Assembly: GCF_000332275.1 (NCBI RefSeq)
Contig: NZ_CM001776.1
Location: forward strand, 2,096,789-2,128,788
DNA length: 32,000 bases
Origin: Synechococcus sp. PCC 7336
GTDB taxonomy: Bacteria > Cyanobacteriota > Cyanobacteriia > Thermostichales > PCC-7336
Direction of reading: 5' to 3'
Shown here one piece after another: positions 7,545 through 16,284 of this stretch. The translations under genes were made by a program, and so were the position numbers. The stretch's first letter is position 1, and each line of letters begins with the position of its first letter. Below the pieces are notes generated by a model that saw only the letters and a list, made by a program, of their open reading frames with translations, did not search any database and was not told the DNA's origin.

Positions 7545-8804
7545 ATGCTACTCACGTATCAGTACAAACTCAAGCCGACCGAAGCTCAGGCCGCCGTCAT
7601 GGAGGTCTGGGGCGAGCGGCTGCGCCGTCACTGGAACTATGCCCTAGGTGAACGACTCGATGCGTTCTACCGCAGTCGCTGCCAGATTGACCGATGCAGC
7701 ATCGTGGCTGAACCGATCGGTGACATTCCAAAGGAGGTGAACTACTACACTCAAGCATCAGCACTGAAGGAGACCAAACGACTGTTCCCGGACTACAAAG
7801 GCATCTATGCCGACTGTCAGCAGCAGAACCTGATGCGGCTTGACAGGGCATGGAAACGCTGGAGGAAGCCCGATCAGAACGGCAAGCGGGGTGGGCGACC
7901 TCGGTTCAAAAAGCGGAGTGATATCTGCTCGTTCACGTTTCCGAGAGTGAACAACCCCAAAGCGGGCGCACACCTGACGGGGAATGTGTTGCAGCTCTCG
8001 AAGATTGGCGAGATTGAGCTGATTCTGCATCGTCCAATCCCTGAAGGCTTCGTTCTCAAGCAGGCGACGTTGGTGAGGAAGGCCGATGGCTGGTATGTCA
8101 GCTTCTCGATGGCGGATGAAACCGTTCCTGAAGCGCTGCCAGTGGAGCGGGTCAAAACGGCCTGCGGTATCGATGTGGGACTGGAGAAGTTCCTGGTCAC
8201 ATCCGAGGGGGAAGCGGTCAGCATGCCGCAGTTCTTTCGCCAGTCTCAGCAGCGTTTGGCCCGTCAGCAAAAGAAGCTGGCTCGGATGCAGAAAGGGTCT
8301 GAGAACTATAAAAGACAGACGAACGAGGTCGCTCGACTTCATCTGCATGTATCGCGCCAGCGGCGTGAGTTTCACTATCAGGTCGCTCACTGGCTTTGCG
8401 ACCTCTACGACCTCATCAGCTTTGAGGGGCTCAACATCCGAGGGCTGGCGAGAACCCGATTGGCGAAGTCGATCCTGGATGCCGCGTGGGGTAGCTTTCT
8501 TCAGATTCTGCAAGCAGTGGCGGTAAAACGCGGCAAGCGGACGGTTGAAGTTAACCCACGCGGAACAAGCATCGAGTGCTGCGGTTGTGGCGAGAGGGTG
8601 AAAAAGACTCTCAGTGAACGGGTTCATCGTTGCGGTTGTGGCGTTGTCATTGACCGGGACTGGAACGCGGGAATCAACATCAAAGTTCGTGGACTCAGGG
8701 CGGTTGGACTACCGCTCTGGAGGCTGTGGAGGCTTATCCGCTGGGATGCCTGTGAAACAGCAACTCTCACTCGTGAGTCTGAGAAGCTCCCGCTAGACCC
8801 GTAG
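7545..8804 (+). CDS. tnpB: IS200/IS605 family TnpB, RuvC-like RNA-guided nuclease
   Basis: 419 aa: RuvC-I GIDVGLEKFLV, RuvC-II ISFEGLNIRGL, zinc ribbon ECCGCGERV...HRCGCGVVIDRD, RuvC-III DRDWNAGINI. Confidence 0.95.
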   Translation: MLLTYQYKLKPTEAQAAVMEVWGERLRRHWNYALGERLDAFYRSRCQIDRCSIVAEPIGDIPKEVNYYTQASALKETKRLFPDYKGIYADCQQQNLMRLDRAWKRWRKPDQNGKRGGRPRFKKRSDICSFTFPRVNNPKAGAHLTGNVLQLSKIGEIELILHRPIPEGFVLKQATLVRKADGWYVSFSMADETVPEALPVERVKTACGIDVGLEKFLVTSEGEAVSMPQFFRQSQQRLARQQKKLARMQKGSENYKRQTNEVARLHLHVSRQRREFHYQVAHWLCDLYDLISFEGLNIRGLARTRLAKSILDAAWGSFLQILQAVAVKRGKRTVEVNPRGTSIECCGCGERVKKTLSERVHRCGCGVVIDRDWNAGINIKVRGLRAVGLPLWRLWRLIRWDACETATLTRESEKLPLDP

Positions 8805-8843
8805 GGTTAGCGGTGAGAGTAGTCACGAATAAAAGCATTCATT
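8690..8843 (+). ncRNA. Putative omega-RNA (reRNA) for TnpB: scaffold overlapping tnpB 3' end plus right end, guide from about 8827
   Basis: Position by analogy with known TnpB elements; conserved right-end hairpin (8787..8817) then AGTAGTCAC; predicted guide starts GAATAAAAGCATTCATT. The 5' boundary is approximate. Confidence 0.5.
8787..8817 (+). repeat. Right-end subterminal hairpin of the IS (10-bp core stem with bulged G, 3-nt loop)
   Basis: CTC-CCGCTA-(G)-ACCC GTA GGGT-TAGCGG-(T)-GAG; nearly the same sequence and same bulge as the left-end hairpin. Confidence 0.8.
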
Positions 8844-8897
8844 CTGCCTCAATTCTTGTGTGTCAATATGGGGTAAGGATTTGTCCTTAGGTGAAGC

Positions 8898-9326
8898 ATG
8901 TTAGCGACTTACGATACCGACCTTGCAGCATGGGCCAATCACACTGCTCATCTCCTTCGCGAGAAACGATGGGACGAAGTTGACTGGGAGCACCTGATTG
9001 AAGAGGTGGAGGATTTGGGCAAAAGTGAACGTAGTGCGATTGGTTCCCAGATGGAACGTGTCATGCTTCATTTACTGAAGTGGGAATATCAACCCCAACG
9101 TCGCTCCGATAGCTGGCTAGATTCCATTAGCGATGGTCGTTCGCAAATTCGCCGCAAAATTGAGGATAGTCCCAGCCTAAAAAACTATCCAGACCAAATT
9201 CTTGACAAGGAATATAAAAGAGCATGTCGAGAGGTAGCAAGACAAACTGGGCTGGATATTGCCACATTTCCACCCAATTGCCCTTACTCTAGCGATCGCC
9301 TTCTTGGCGATTGGCTACTTGAATGA
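8898..9326 (+). CDS. DUF29 family protein
   Basis: 142 aa: YDTDLAAWANHTAHLLREKRWDEVDWEHLIEEVEDLGKSERSAIGSQMERVMLHLLKWEYQP, the characteristic DUF29 N-terminal motif. Confidence 0.9.
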   Translation: MLATYDTDLAAWANHTAHLLREKRWDEVDWEHLIEEVEDLGKSERSAIGSQMERVMLHLLKWEYQPQRRSDSWLDSISDGRSQIRRKIEDSPSLKNYPDQILDKEYKRACREVARQTGLDIATFPPNCPYSSDRLLGDWLLE

Positions 9327-9366
9327 GATCGAAATTGAAGTCCATCCCTGAGGTTTGCACCAGGGG

Positions 9367-9939
9367 TCAAGCAGCAGCGAGTTGGCTGACTGGGACCTCG
9401 TCAGCAACCGCTACGCGAGCTGAGAGGCGATCGCGGCAGTCGTTTTCAAGGCGAGTGACCGAGACTGCTTTGCCGGGATAGAGTTCTGCGGCAGCGGCTT
9501 CTAGGTCGGGTTTGAGTGCGGCAAAGGCTGCATCGGTGTTGGGGGCGTGGAGGCGATCGTTGGCCATGTAGACAAACTCATTCCCCTCGAGACTGAAAGC
9601 ACCTTCCAGGCGACGATCCGATTCGAGTAGCATGCCAAACTTAGCAGTGGCTTTGACTAAGTCCACAATGCGGTCTTTGTGGGTTTCGCCGCCCCCCAGC
9701 TTGCGTTGGGCGTAGAGACCGAAATGACCGTCCTCGCGATCTAGGGCGTAGTTCGTTTCGTGGGCAATCAGCATAATACCGGGGCCGTTGGGGACGTGGC
9801 GATAGTCTGCGACATCTAGGGGGAGGCCATCTAGCTTGTCGCGCCGAATCCACTCGTGAAAAATGTTGATGTAGTGGGCCTCCTCAATGTCAGCTCCCGA
9901 GTTGGCTGAGAATTTAATGCAAAAGCGATTCAGATCCAC
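9367..9939 (-). CDS. Conserved hypothetical protein, 190 aa
   Basis: Long well-formed ORF MDLNRFCIKFSANSGADIEEAHYINIFHEWIRRDKL...; 96 bp downstream of the reductase gene on the same strand. Confidence 0.75.
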   Translation of the reverse strand: MDLNRFCIKFSANSGADIEEAHYINIFHEWIRRDKLDGLPLDVADYRHVPNGPGIMLIAHETNYALDREDGHFGLYAQRKLGGGETHKDRIVDLVKATAKFGMLLESDRRLEGAFSLEGNEFVYMANDRLHAPNTDAAFAALKPDLEAAAAELYPGKAVSVTRLENDCRDRLSARVAVADEVPVSQLAAA

Positions 9940-10035
9940 TGTCTTACTCCAGTCCGGTCTCGATAGGGGTCAACGTTCAAACAATGCGAGCGGGGGCACT
10001 GAGGTTCTAAGGATCGGTGCCCCTAAAGGGAGGCG

Positions 10036-12372
10036 CTAACTGCTGCTGACTTGCAGTTGCTTTTCGTTCAGCCACCGCTGGAAGCTTGCAGGGGTGGTGA
10101 TGCCATCATCGACCATGCGGGCATTGCAGGAGTGGGCAGCTTCAATAAACAGGCGAGCTTCTTCGATCAGTTGTTTAGCTCCGTCAATCGTCACAGGCCG
10201 ATCGCGGTTCTCGTATGCCTGAAACAGGTAGCTGGCAAATTTGCCTTTGGCAAAGGGGTCGAAGAACAGTTGCGTGTCGTAGAAGTAGGTGCGGAACTCG
10301 CGCACAATCGTATCGGCGTCGTTGGCGATATCGATGTTTTGAATCTTTAGCAATGCCTGGGCTGCACTGAGCATGGACTCGAAGGCTTTATCGCGGGCTT
10401 GCTCGATGTTGCCGTTAGGGGGAGTTTCCTCCAACAACACGGTGGCGTCGAAGTGGATACTTTCTGCTGCGGCCACGCCGAAATCGGTCAGGGTGACCAG
10501 TTCGCCAGCACATTCGCCGATGCCGATATCGCCTAAGGTGTATTCGCGGTTGTCAGCCCAGTCGGTGTAGAAGGACTTGTCTTCGGCATAGCTGGGCACG
10601 GCGAGGAAAGGTTGTACGCGATCGCGAATCACTTTTTTGCCCACCCGAGCGACAAACTCGTTGAACTTCTCGCTGCCTTGGCGTTCCTGCAGGAACATAT
10701 CCACCAAAAATTCCACCACTTCGGGCACGCGCTTGGAAGGAACGACTGCTACGGACTGACCGTATTCAGCCGCATTCTTATCCCAAGTGCCCCCCAAAAT
10801 GAGCTGGAAGTGAGGCACGCGGTGGCGATCGACGAGGCGATTGGCACCATAGAAGCCAATCTCGGCGACGGTGTGCTGACTGCAGGAGTTGAAGCAGCCG
10901 CTGACCTTGATGCGGATATCTTTGACTGCCCGATCGTATTGCCAGCCCTTCACTGTCAGACGGCGCTTGAGTTCGCCTGCTAAACCGCGCGAGCTGGAGA
11001 TGCCTAACTTGCAAGTATCCGTGCCGGGGCAGGCAGTGATATCCACGATTGACTCGGCACCGGCAGTGGCTAGGTCGATCGCTTTAAGAGCGTTGTAAAG
11101 TGCCGGTAGATCCGCAGTGTGAATCCAGCGTATCAGCAGGTTTTGCTCGACGGTGGTGCGCAGGGTGTCATTGGTGAAGCGGCGCAGCACATCGGAGAGA
11201 CGACGCATTTGGGTGGCGGTGATATCCCCCAATGGCAGGGAGATCGTGACGGCCACATAACCCGCTTGACGCTGTTCGTAGATGTTGGTGGACTTCCATT
11301 TCTCAAATTCCTCTGCGTCTGCAGGGGTTGCGCTGGGGGCCACTGGTGCGGGCAAGCCCTGCTCTTCGTAGGCACTAATTCCCTCCAACCAATGGGTCCA
11401 CTCGGCCTCGTCCGGCAACTGGGCTCGCTCTTCCAGCACTAAGCGACGGAACTCGTCAATGCCCAATTTCCCCACTAAGAACTTAATTCGGGCTTTGTTG
11501 CGGTTGGCTTTTTCGCCCAAGCGGGCAAAAACGCGGCAGATGGCTTGAGAGAGGGGCAGCAGTTCTTCGGGCGTGACAAAGTCGTCAAATAGCTTGGCTA
11601 GATGAGGCACGGCACCGAGGCCGCCGCCCACATACATTTCAAATCCTTGCACGGCTTGCCCATCCACTTCTTTAGTCTTGGCAATTAGGCCGAGGTCGTG
11701 CATGGAGGTGAGGCCACAGGGGTGTTGGGCGCAGCCGGAGAAAGCCACCTTAAACTTGCGACCGAAGTCTTGCACGTCAGGGTGTCCCAAGAAGTATTGG
11801 GCCAGCTCGTTGGCATAGCCAGTGACATCGAAGGACTCGTCGCGGCAGATGCCCGCTAGCGGGCAAGCGGTGACGTTGCGAACGGAGTTGCCGCAGGCTT
11901 CGCGCGTAGTAATACCTACAGCAGCCAAACGACGATGCATGTCGGGGGCATCATCTAGCGACAGAAAGTGCAACTGGATATCTTGACGGGTGGTGATGTG
12001 GATGATGGTGTCGGAGTACTCTTCCGCAATATCGGCCATCACTTCCATCTGCTCGGCTGTTAAACCGCCGTAGGGCAGCTTGATGCGCTGCATACCCGGT
12101 GCTTCGTATAAAGTGCCGGGGCCTTTGGTGAGATCTTTATGGGGAAATTCCAGTTCTCGCGATCGCTCGCCATCGTTTCTAAAGCCATTGTCGTAACGCT
12201 GGCCGTAGGCCCCCCGACGCAGGCGCAGTTCGGCAAACACCTTCTCGTCTAGCTTGCCCTGCTTGCGCAGCTCCATCTGATTTTCAAACGTATCGATTTC
12301 TTCCGCCAGATTGTCGGAGATTTTGTCAGCCAAGACGCTTTTCCACGTCAAGGATGGGTTTTGAGCGACCAT
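10036..12372 (-). CDS. Siroheme/4Fe4S ferredoxin-type nitrite or sulfite reductase with about 190-aa C-terminal extension
   Basis: Two NIR_SIR repeat halves; cluster motif ACPGTDTCKLG...VSGCFNSCSQH. The ATG at 12372 (MVAQNPSLTWK) with upstream AGAGGAAC is preferred to the 12552 start because the extra N-terminus is encoded by a tandem repeat. Confidence 0.88.
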   Translation of the reverse strand: MVAQNPSLTWKSVLADKISDNLAEEIDTFENQMELRKQGKLDEKVFAELRLRRGAYGQRYDNGFRNDGERSRELEFPHKDLTKGPGTLYEAPGMQRIKLPYGGLTAEQMEVMADIAEEYSDTIIHITTRQDIQLHFLSLDDAPDMHRRLAAVGITTREACGNSVRNVTACPLAGICRDESFDVTGYANELAQYFLGHPDVQDFGRKFKVAFSGCAQHPCGLTSMHDLGLIAKTKEVDGQAVQGFEMYVGGGLGAVPHLAKLFDDFVTPEELLPLSQAICRVFARLGEKANRNKARIKFLVGKLGIDEFRRLVLEERAQLPDEAEWTHWLEGISAYEEQGLPAPVAPSATPADAEEFEKWKSTNIYEQRQAGYVAVTISLPLGDITATQMRRLSDVLRRFTNDTLRTTVEQNLLIRWIHTADLPALYNALKAIDLATAGAESIVDITACPGTDTCKLGISSSRGLAGELKRRLTVKGWQYDRAVKDIRIKVSGCFNSCSQHTVAEIGFYGANRLVDRHRVPHFQLILGGTWDKNAAEYGQSVAVVPSKRVPEVVEFLVDMFLQERQGSEKFNEFVARVGKKVIRDRVQPFLAVPSYAEDKSFYTDWADNREYTLGDIGIGECAGELVTLTDFGVAAAESIHFDATVLLEETPPNGNIEQARDKAFESMLSAAQALLKIQNIDIANDADTIVREFRTYFYDTQLFFDPFAKGKFASYLFQAYENRDRPVTIDGAKQLIEEARLFIEAAHSCNARMVDDGITTPASFQRWLNEKQLQVSSS

Positions 12373-12431
12373 TTCATGTTCCTCTAGTGCGAGTCCGAGA
12401 GAGCTGTAAGGTGGCAGGGCCGGGGTGCGGG

Positions 12432-12499
12432 ATCCGATCCAATCTGAAATCCGATCCAATCTGAAATCCGATCCAATCTGAAATCCGATCCAATCTGAA
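12432..12499. repeat. Four perfect tandem copies of a 17-bp unit, ATCCGATCCAATCTGAA
   Basis: Counted directly: 12432-12448, 12449-12465, 12466-12482, 12483-12499. Confidence 0.97.
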
Positions 12500-12772
12500 A
12501 ACTGTAGCGGCACTATACAGTGCCTATCCCCAGCAGGCAGAAAATACCTCAATTATTTTAAATTCAGACGGGGATAAGACAAGCCCACCCCTGTCAGGAT
12601 ATCCCGGTATTCCGATAGATTTACAGGGGATTGTAAGTTTTCCTAACATTTCCCAGCCAGAGAGTCGCCTATCTCAGGCAGTTGCATCCTATTTGGGGCG
12701 ACAGAGGCACTCATTCTGCAGTATGTATTGAGCTGTGTAGAGTAACCTGAATGGATTCTTAGGAGCTAGAGC

Positions 12773-13198
12773 ATGTCCCGCGCCATTATGAATACGGAGA
12801 AAGGCACCATTACACTGGAGCTCTTCGATAAAGACGCCCCTAAAACTGTAAAGAATTTTATCGATCTGTCGAAAAAGGGGTTTTACGACGGCCTCAACTT
12901 CCACCGCGTGATTCCCGATTTCATGATCCAGGGGGGGTGTCCTAACGGCACGGGGACAGGCGGTCCCGGTTATACGATCGACTGCGAGATCAACGCTAAC
13001 AAGCACCTAGCCGGTGCTCTCTCGATGGCCCATGCCGGTCGCAATACGGGGGGCAGCCAGTTTTTTATCTGTCATTCTCCCCAACCCCACCTCGATGGCG
13101 TTCACACCGTGTTTGGCAAAACGGAAGACATGAATGTGGTGAATGCGATTGGGCAAGGCGATCGGATTATCTCGGTTGAAATTCAAGCGGGCGAGTAA
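12773..13198 (+). CDS. Cyclophilin-type peptidyl-prolyl cis-trans isomerase
   Basis: [30 protein letters not shown]...[34 protein letters not shown]. Confidence 0.97.
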   Translation: MSRAIMNTEKGTITLELFDKDAPKTVKNFIDLSKKGFYDGLNFHRVIPDFMIQGGCPNGTGTGGPGYTIDCEINANKHLAGALSMAHAGRNTGGSQFFICHSPQPHLDGVHTVFGKTEDMNVVNAIGQGDRIISVEIQAGE

Positions 13199-13335
13199 GA
13201 TCTCAGATAAGTAGGGTGAGGGACGAGAAAGGTTAAGTTTGAGGAGTCAGAGATTGGGCTGTTGTAGTCTAAACTCCTCGGGTCTAAGGCTCGATTGACT
13301 CATCCCTGACTTTGAGTGGGCTCGCTCCGGGCGAT

Positions 13336-14685
13336 ATGTTGCAAGGGATTCTCTTTATCCTCTATATCCTCGTATTTAGCGGGGTGATCGCTACCGTGGG
13401 CGATCGCCTCGGGTATCGCATTGGCAAAAAGCGCCTCAGTTGGTTCAATCTGCGCCCCCGCCACACCGCGATCGTCATCACTATCCTGACCGGGATTTTT
13501 ATTTCGGCCTCTTCAATTGGGATTTTGTTTGCCATTAATCGTCCCATAGCCGAGAGCATCTTTACCTACGGCGAGCAGGTGCGGGAATATCGAGAGCAAA
13601 TCGCAGTTTTGGAAACCAATATCGATCACGATCGCACTCAGTTGGTCGAGCTCAATAGCCAAAAGCAGGAAGCCCTGGCCCAAGTCCAACAGCTTTCTCA
13701 ACAGCAAGATCGACTCGTGGAGGAGCGCGATCGCCTGCAAGTCCAACAGTTAGAAGTGGAGTCGCAATTGGCAGACTCCAACCGCCAGTTGGCCGAAGCT
13801 CAGCAGACTCTGGAAGCCGCTCAACAGCAGATGGATCGAGCGCTAGCAGAAACCCGTCAGGCCCAAGCCCGAGTGGAACAGCTACAGCAGTCACTACAGG
13901 ACTCCAGGGCAGAATTGGCTGGCTTGCAGGCACAACGGAGCCAGTTAGAGGCCAATATTGCGGCCTTGCAGGCGGAAGAATCGCGCTTGTTGGGGGGGAG
14001 GTTTGTGGTATCTGCTTGGGAGAGGCTGGCCATCGGAGTGGTTGAAGGGGGCTTGCCGCCGCCAGAGATCGAACAGCGGCTAGAATCTATCATTGCGGTG
14101 GCGGAAGAACGGGCTTACAGTTTGGGGGCCAGGGCGGATGACAATGGCGAGATCGTGATGATTTCTCGCGGAGAGGAAGAGGGGCTAGTCGAAAAGCTGC
14201 GTCCGGCAGGCAGTTGGGTGGTGCAGATTTTTGCCAACGCTAATAGTCTGGAGGGAGAGCCCGTGCCCGTCTTTGTCAGCGTGGTTCCCAATAGCCTCGT
14301 GTTCAGCGAAGGAACGGTGCTGGTGGAGGCCGATATCCCTCTGGGGCAAACTCAGTTGGAGTTGCAAAGTACCTTGTTCCGCCTAATTTTGCGAGCGGGG
14401 GCGCGGGGGCGAGAAGCTGGCATTTTGGGTAGCCCCGTCAGTGGAGAGGTAGGCCAATTCCCGCGCGATCGCCTGTTGCAATTGGCTCAATCTCTCGCAG
14501 ACATCGAGGAATCCGTGCGGGTGCAGGTGGTGGTAAATAAGGATACTGGCGTGGGAGGACCGTTGGAGGTGGACGTGGTTTCTCCCGATCGCGACCTCAG
14601 GGCCGAGCTCGCCCGCAATCGGCTTTTCTCCAACCGTCGCCTGCCGCCTGAGCCTATCTCTCTGTTTGGAGGCACGGGCGCATAG
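13336..14685 (+). CDS. DUF3084 domain protein, N-terminal TM helices plus coiled coil
   Basis: MLQGILFILYILVFSGVIATVGDRLGYRIGKKRLSWFNLRPRHTAIVITILTG, typical cyanobacterial DUF3084; long heptad-like coiled coil. Start uncertain (TTG at 13312 or ATG at 13336). Confidence 0.85.
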   Translation: MLQGILFILYILVFSGVIATVGDRLGYRIGKKRLSWFNLRPRHTAIVITILTGIFISASSIGILFAINRPIAESIFTYGEQVREYREQIAVLETNIDHDRTQLVELNSQKQEALAQVQQLSQQQDRLVEERDRLQVQQLEVESQLADSNRQLAEAQQTLEAAQQQMDRALAETRQAQARVEQLQQSLQDSRAELAGLQAQRSQLEANIAALQAEESRLLGGRFVVSAWERLAIGVVEGGLPPPEIEQRLESIIAVAEERAYSLGARADDNGEIVMISRGEEEGLVEKLRPAGSWVVQIFANANSLEGEPVPVFVSVVPNSLVFSEGTVLVEADIPLGQTQLELQSTLFRLILRAGARGREAGILGSPVSGEVGQFPRDRLLQLAQSLADIEESVRVQVVVNKDTGVGGPLEVDVVSPDRDLRAELARNRLFSNRRLPPEPISLFGGTGA

Positions 14686-14687
14686 AG

Positions 14688-15107
14688 ATGCTGATTGGCT
14701 TCGATCCCGGACGGGAGAAGTGCGGAGTGGCGATCGCTACCGCTGACGGGACAGTGCTCCATCGCGAAATTGTGCCGTCCGCCGAAGTAGAAACGATCTT
14801 GCCCGAACTTTGCCAGCGCTACGGCACGGACCCGATCTCTACCCCCCTCGATCTAGTGATGGGCAATCAGACGACGTCTCGCCAGTGGCGCGATCGCCTG
14901 TCGGTGGCTTTTCCCAAACTCGCAATTCAACTGGTGGACGAGCGTTTCAGCTCTCGAGAGGCGCGCGAGCGATATTGGCTGCTCTATCCCCCTCGGGGGC
15001 TACAGCGGCTCGTGCCGAAAGGGATGCGCCTGCCCCCCCGCCCGGTGGATGATATTGTCGCTGCGATTTTGATCGAGCGGTTTTTAAATCGCATGGGAGA
15101 AGACTGA
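14688..15107 (+). CDS. RuvX/YqgF-like pre-16S rRNA processing nuclease family paralogue
   Basis: MLIGFDPGREKCGVAI, LVDERFSSREAR, PRPVDDIVAAILIERFL: RNase H-like acidic positions retained. Confidence 0.8.
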   Translation: MLIGFDPGREKCGVAIATADGTVLHREIVPSAEVETILPELCQRYGTDPISTPLDLVMGNQTTSRQWRDRLSVAFPKLAIQLVDERFSSREARERYWLLYPPRGLQRLVPKGMRLPPRPVDDIVAAILIERFLNRMGED

Positions 15108-15108
15108 T

Positions 15109-16278
15109 TTGGATCGCCCGACGCTGTCTTTCAAAGACCAGTCCCGAGGTTATTCCCGCCGCCAGCTCTTGCAACTGCTAGCCCTAGGGATGGCGGGGAC
15201 GGGGCTCTCCAGTTGCGGCGCTCGCTCGCCGGCCATTCTGCAATTCGTTACCCTCGATAACACAGTTCCCGGCAGCATTTGGCGGGAGTTCGGTCGGGGA
15301 CGGGCGGCGAAACTGCGGCCCGTTCCAGTTGCAAGCCGACAAGCTTTATTCGATGGCCTACAGCCGATCGATCCGCCGGGATGGGGGCTGCAGGCACTAC
15401 TGCGCCGCCTGTTTCCACCAGCTCCCGTGCAAACGATTTCCCTGTTGGGGGCAGATTGGCTGGATTGGGCAATCGCGAGAGAGCTCATCTTGCCCCTCGA
15501 TCCCGAGGGGTTGGGACAGCGCTTTGCCACGCAATTACCGCCGCTGTGGCAACAGGCTCCGGTGCGGCAGGGACGGGTGTGGGGGCTGCCGTGGAGTTGG
15601 GGGGTGACGGCGATCGCCTACAACCGCGAGCGGGTGCAGGAGCCAATCGTCGATTGGGCGGATTTGTGGCGTCCTTCCTTAAAAGGCAAGCTCGTGCTGC
15701 CCGACCATCCCCGCGACGCGATCGGGCTAACCCTCAAATCTCTGGGATACTCGGTCAATCAACCGCTGGCTGAGGTGCCGGAGTTGGGCGATCGCCTAGC
15801 TGCGTTGAATGCTCAGGCGTTGACCTACTCTTCCGAGTTTTATTTGCAGACATTGTTACTTCGGGATGCCTGGGCAGTGGTGGGATGGACGAGCGATTTG
15901 CATCAGTTACAAAAGCTCGATTCCCGCTTCGAAATTGTCATTCCTGCATCTGGGACAGCGTTGTGGTGGGATTTGTGGGTGGTGCGGCGTTCCTCTGGTG
16001 GGGAGGGCGATAGGGCTGGACAATTGCCAGAACTGTTGGCATTGGCGGCAGACTGGTTTGATTTTTTGTTGCAGGAGGAGGTTGCTGAACGGTTGGTGGC
16101 GGTGGGGCAAACGCCGCTTTCGGCTCCCTTCGAGCTCGATAGCTTGTCGGAGGCTTTGCGCGCTCGACCCCTGTTTGCTGCCGATGTTCTGGACCGTAGC
16201 GAGCTGTTGAACCCCCTGACAGAGATTGAGGCGGTTGCTTACTTGCGGGCCTGGGAGCAGATGCGCTCGGCACTCTGA
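15109..16278 (+). CDS. Extracellular solute-binding protein (PotD/spermidine-putrescine-like) with twin-Arg/lipobox-like N-terminus
   Basis: YSRRQLLQLLALGMAGTGLSSCGARSPAILQFVTL...; GRVWGLPWSWGVTAIAYNRERV...WADLWRPSLKGKLVLPDHPRDAIGLTLKSLGYSVN. Confidence 0.8.
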   Translation: MDRPTLSFKDQSRGYSRRQLLQLLALGMAGTGLSSCGARSPAILQFVTLDNTVPGSIWREFGRGRAAKLRPVPVASRQALFDGLQPIDPPGWGLQALLRRLFPPAPVQTISLLGADWLDWAIARELILPLDPEGLGQRFATQLPPLWQQAPVRQGRVWGLPWSWGVTAIAYNRERVQEPIVDWADLWRPSLKGKLVLPDHPRDAIGLTLKSLGYSVNQPLAEVPELGDRLAALNAQALTYSSEFYLQTLLLRDAWAVVGWTSDLHQLQKLDSRFEIVIPASGTALWWDLWVVRRSSGGEGDRAGQLPELLALAADWFDFLLQEEVAERLVAVGQTPLSAPFELDSLSEALRARPLFAADVLDRSELLNPLTEIEAVAYLRAWEQMRSAL

Positions 16279-16284
16279 AATGCG

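Larger units (their letters stand above)
7030..8826 (+). mobile_element. IS200/IS605-family insertion sequence (IS608-like layout: divergent tnpA and tnpB); boundaries approximate, left boundary uncertain
   Basis: Intact Y1 transposase and tnpB flanked by closely related subterminal hairpins: 7040..7072 CTCCCGCCAGAACGCAGAGCGTTTGGCGGTGAG and 8787..8817 CTCCCGCTAGACCCGTAGGGTTAGCGGTGAG; right end probably ...GAGTAGTCAC at 8826. Confidence 0.85.

Noticed and set aside
8086-8526. 146-aa plus-strand ORF inside tnpB
   Set aside because: Alternate frame of tnpB; no independent start signal or domain.
7758-8627. 289-aa minus-strand ORF antisense to tnpB
   Set aside because: Antisense to a confidently assigned TnpB; composition looks like a shadow ORF.
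8873-8892. Small inverted repeat AAGGA-TTTG-TCCTT upstream of the DUF29 gene
   Set aside because: A 5-bp stem is expected by chance and there is no supporting context.
12432-12499. Considered as a short CRISPR-like array
   Set aside because: The 17-bp units are directly abutting with no spacers and there are no cas genes; it is a simple tandem repeat.
12373-12552. 60-aa N-terminal extension of the reductase in the ORF track (MRYFLPAGDRH...SDWIGFQIGSDFRLDRISDWIG...)
   Set aside because: It is a read-through of the 17-bp tandem repeats and is not homologous to reductase N-termini; ATG at 12372 has a good upstream SD.
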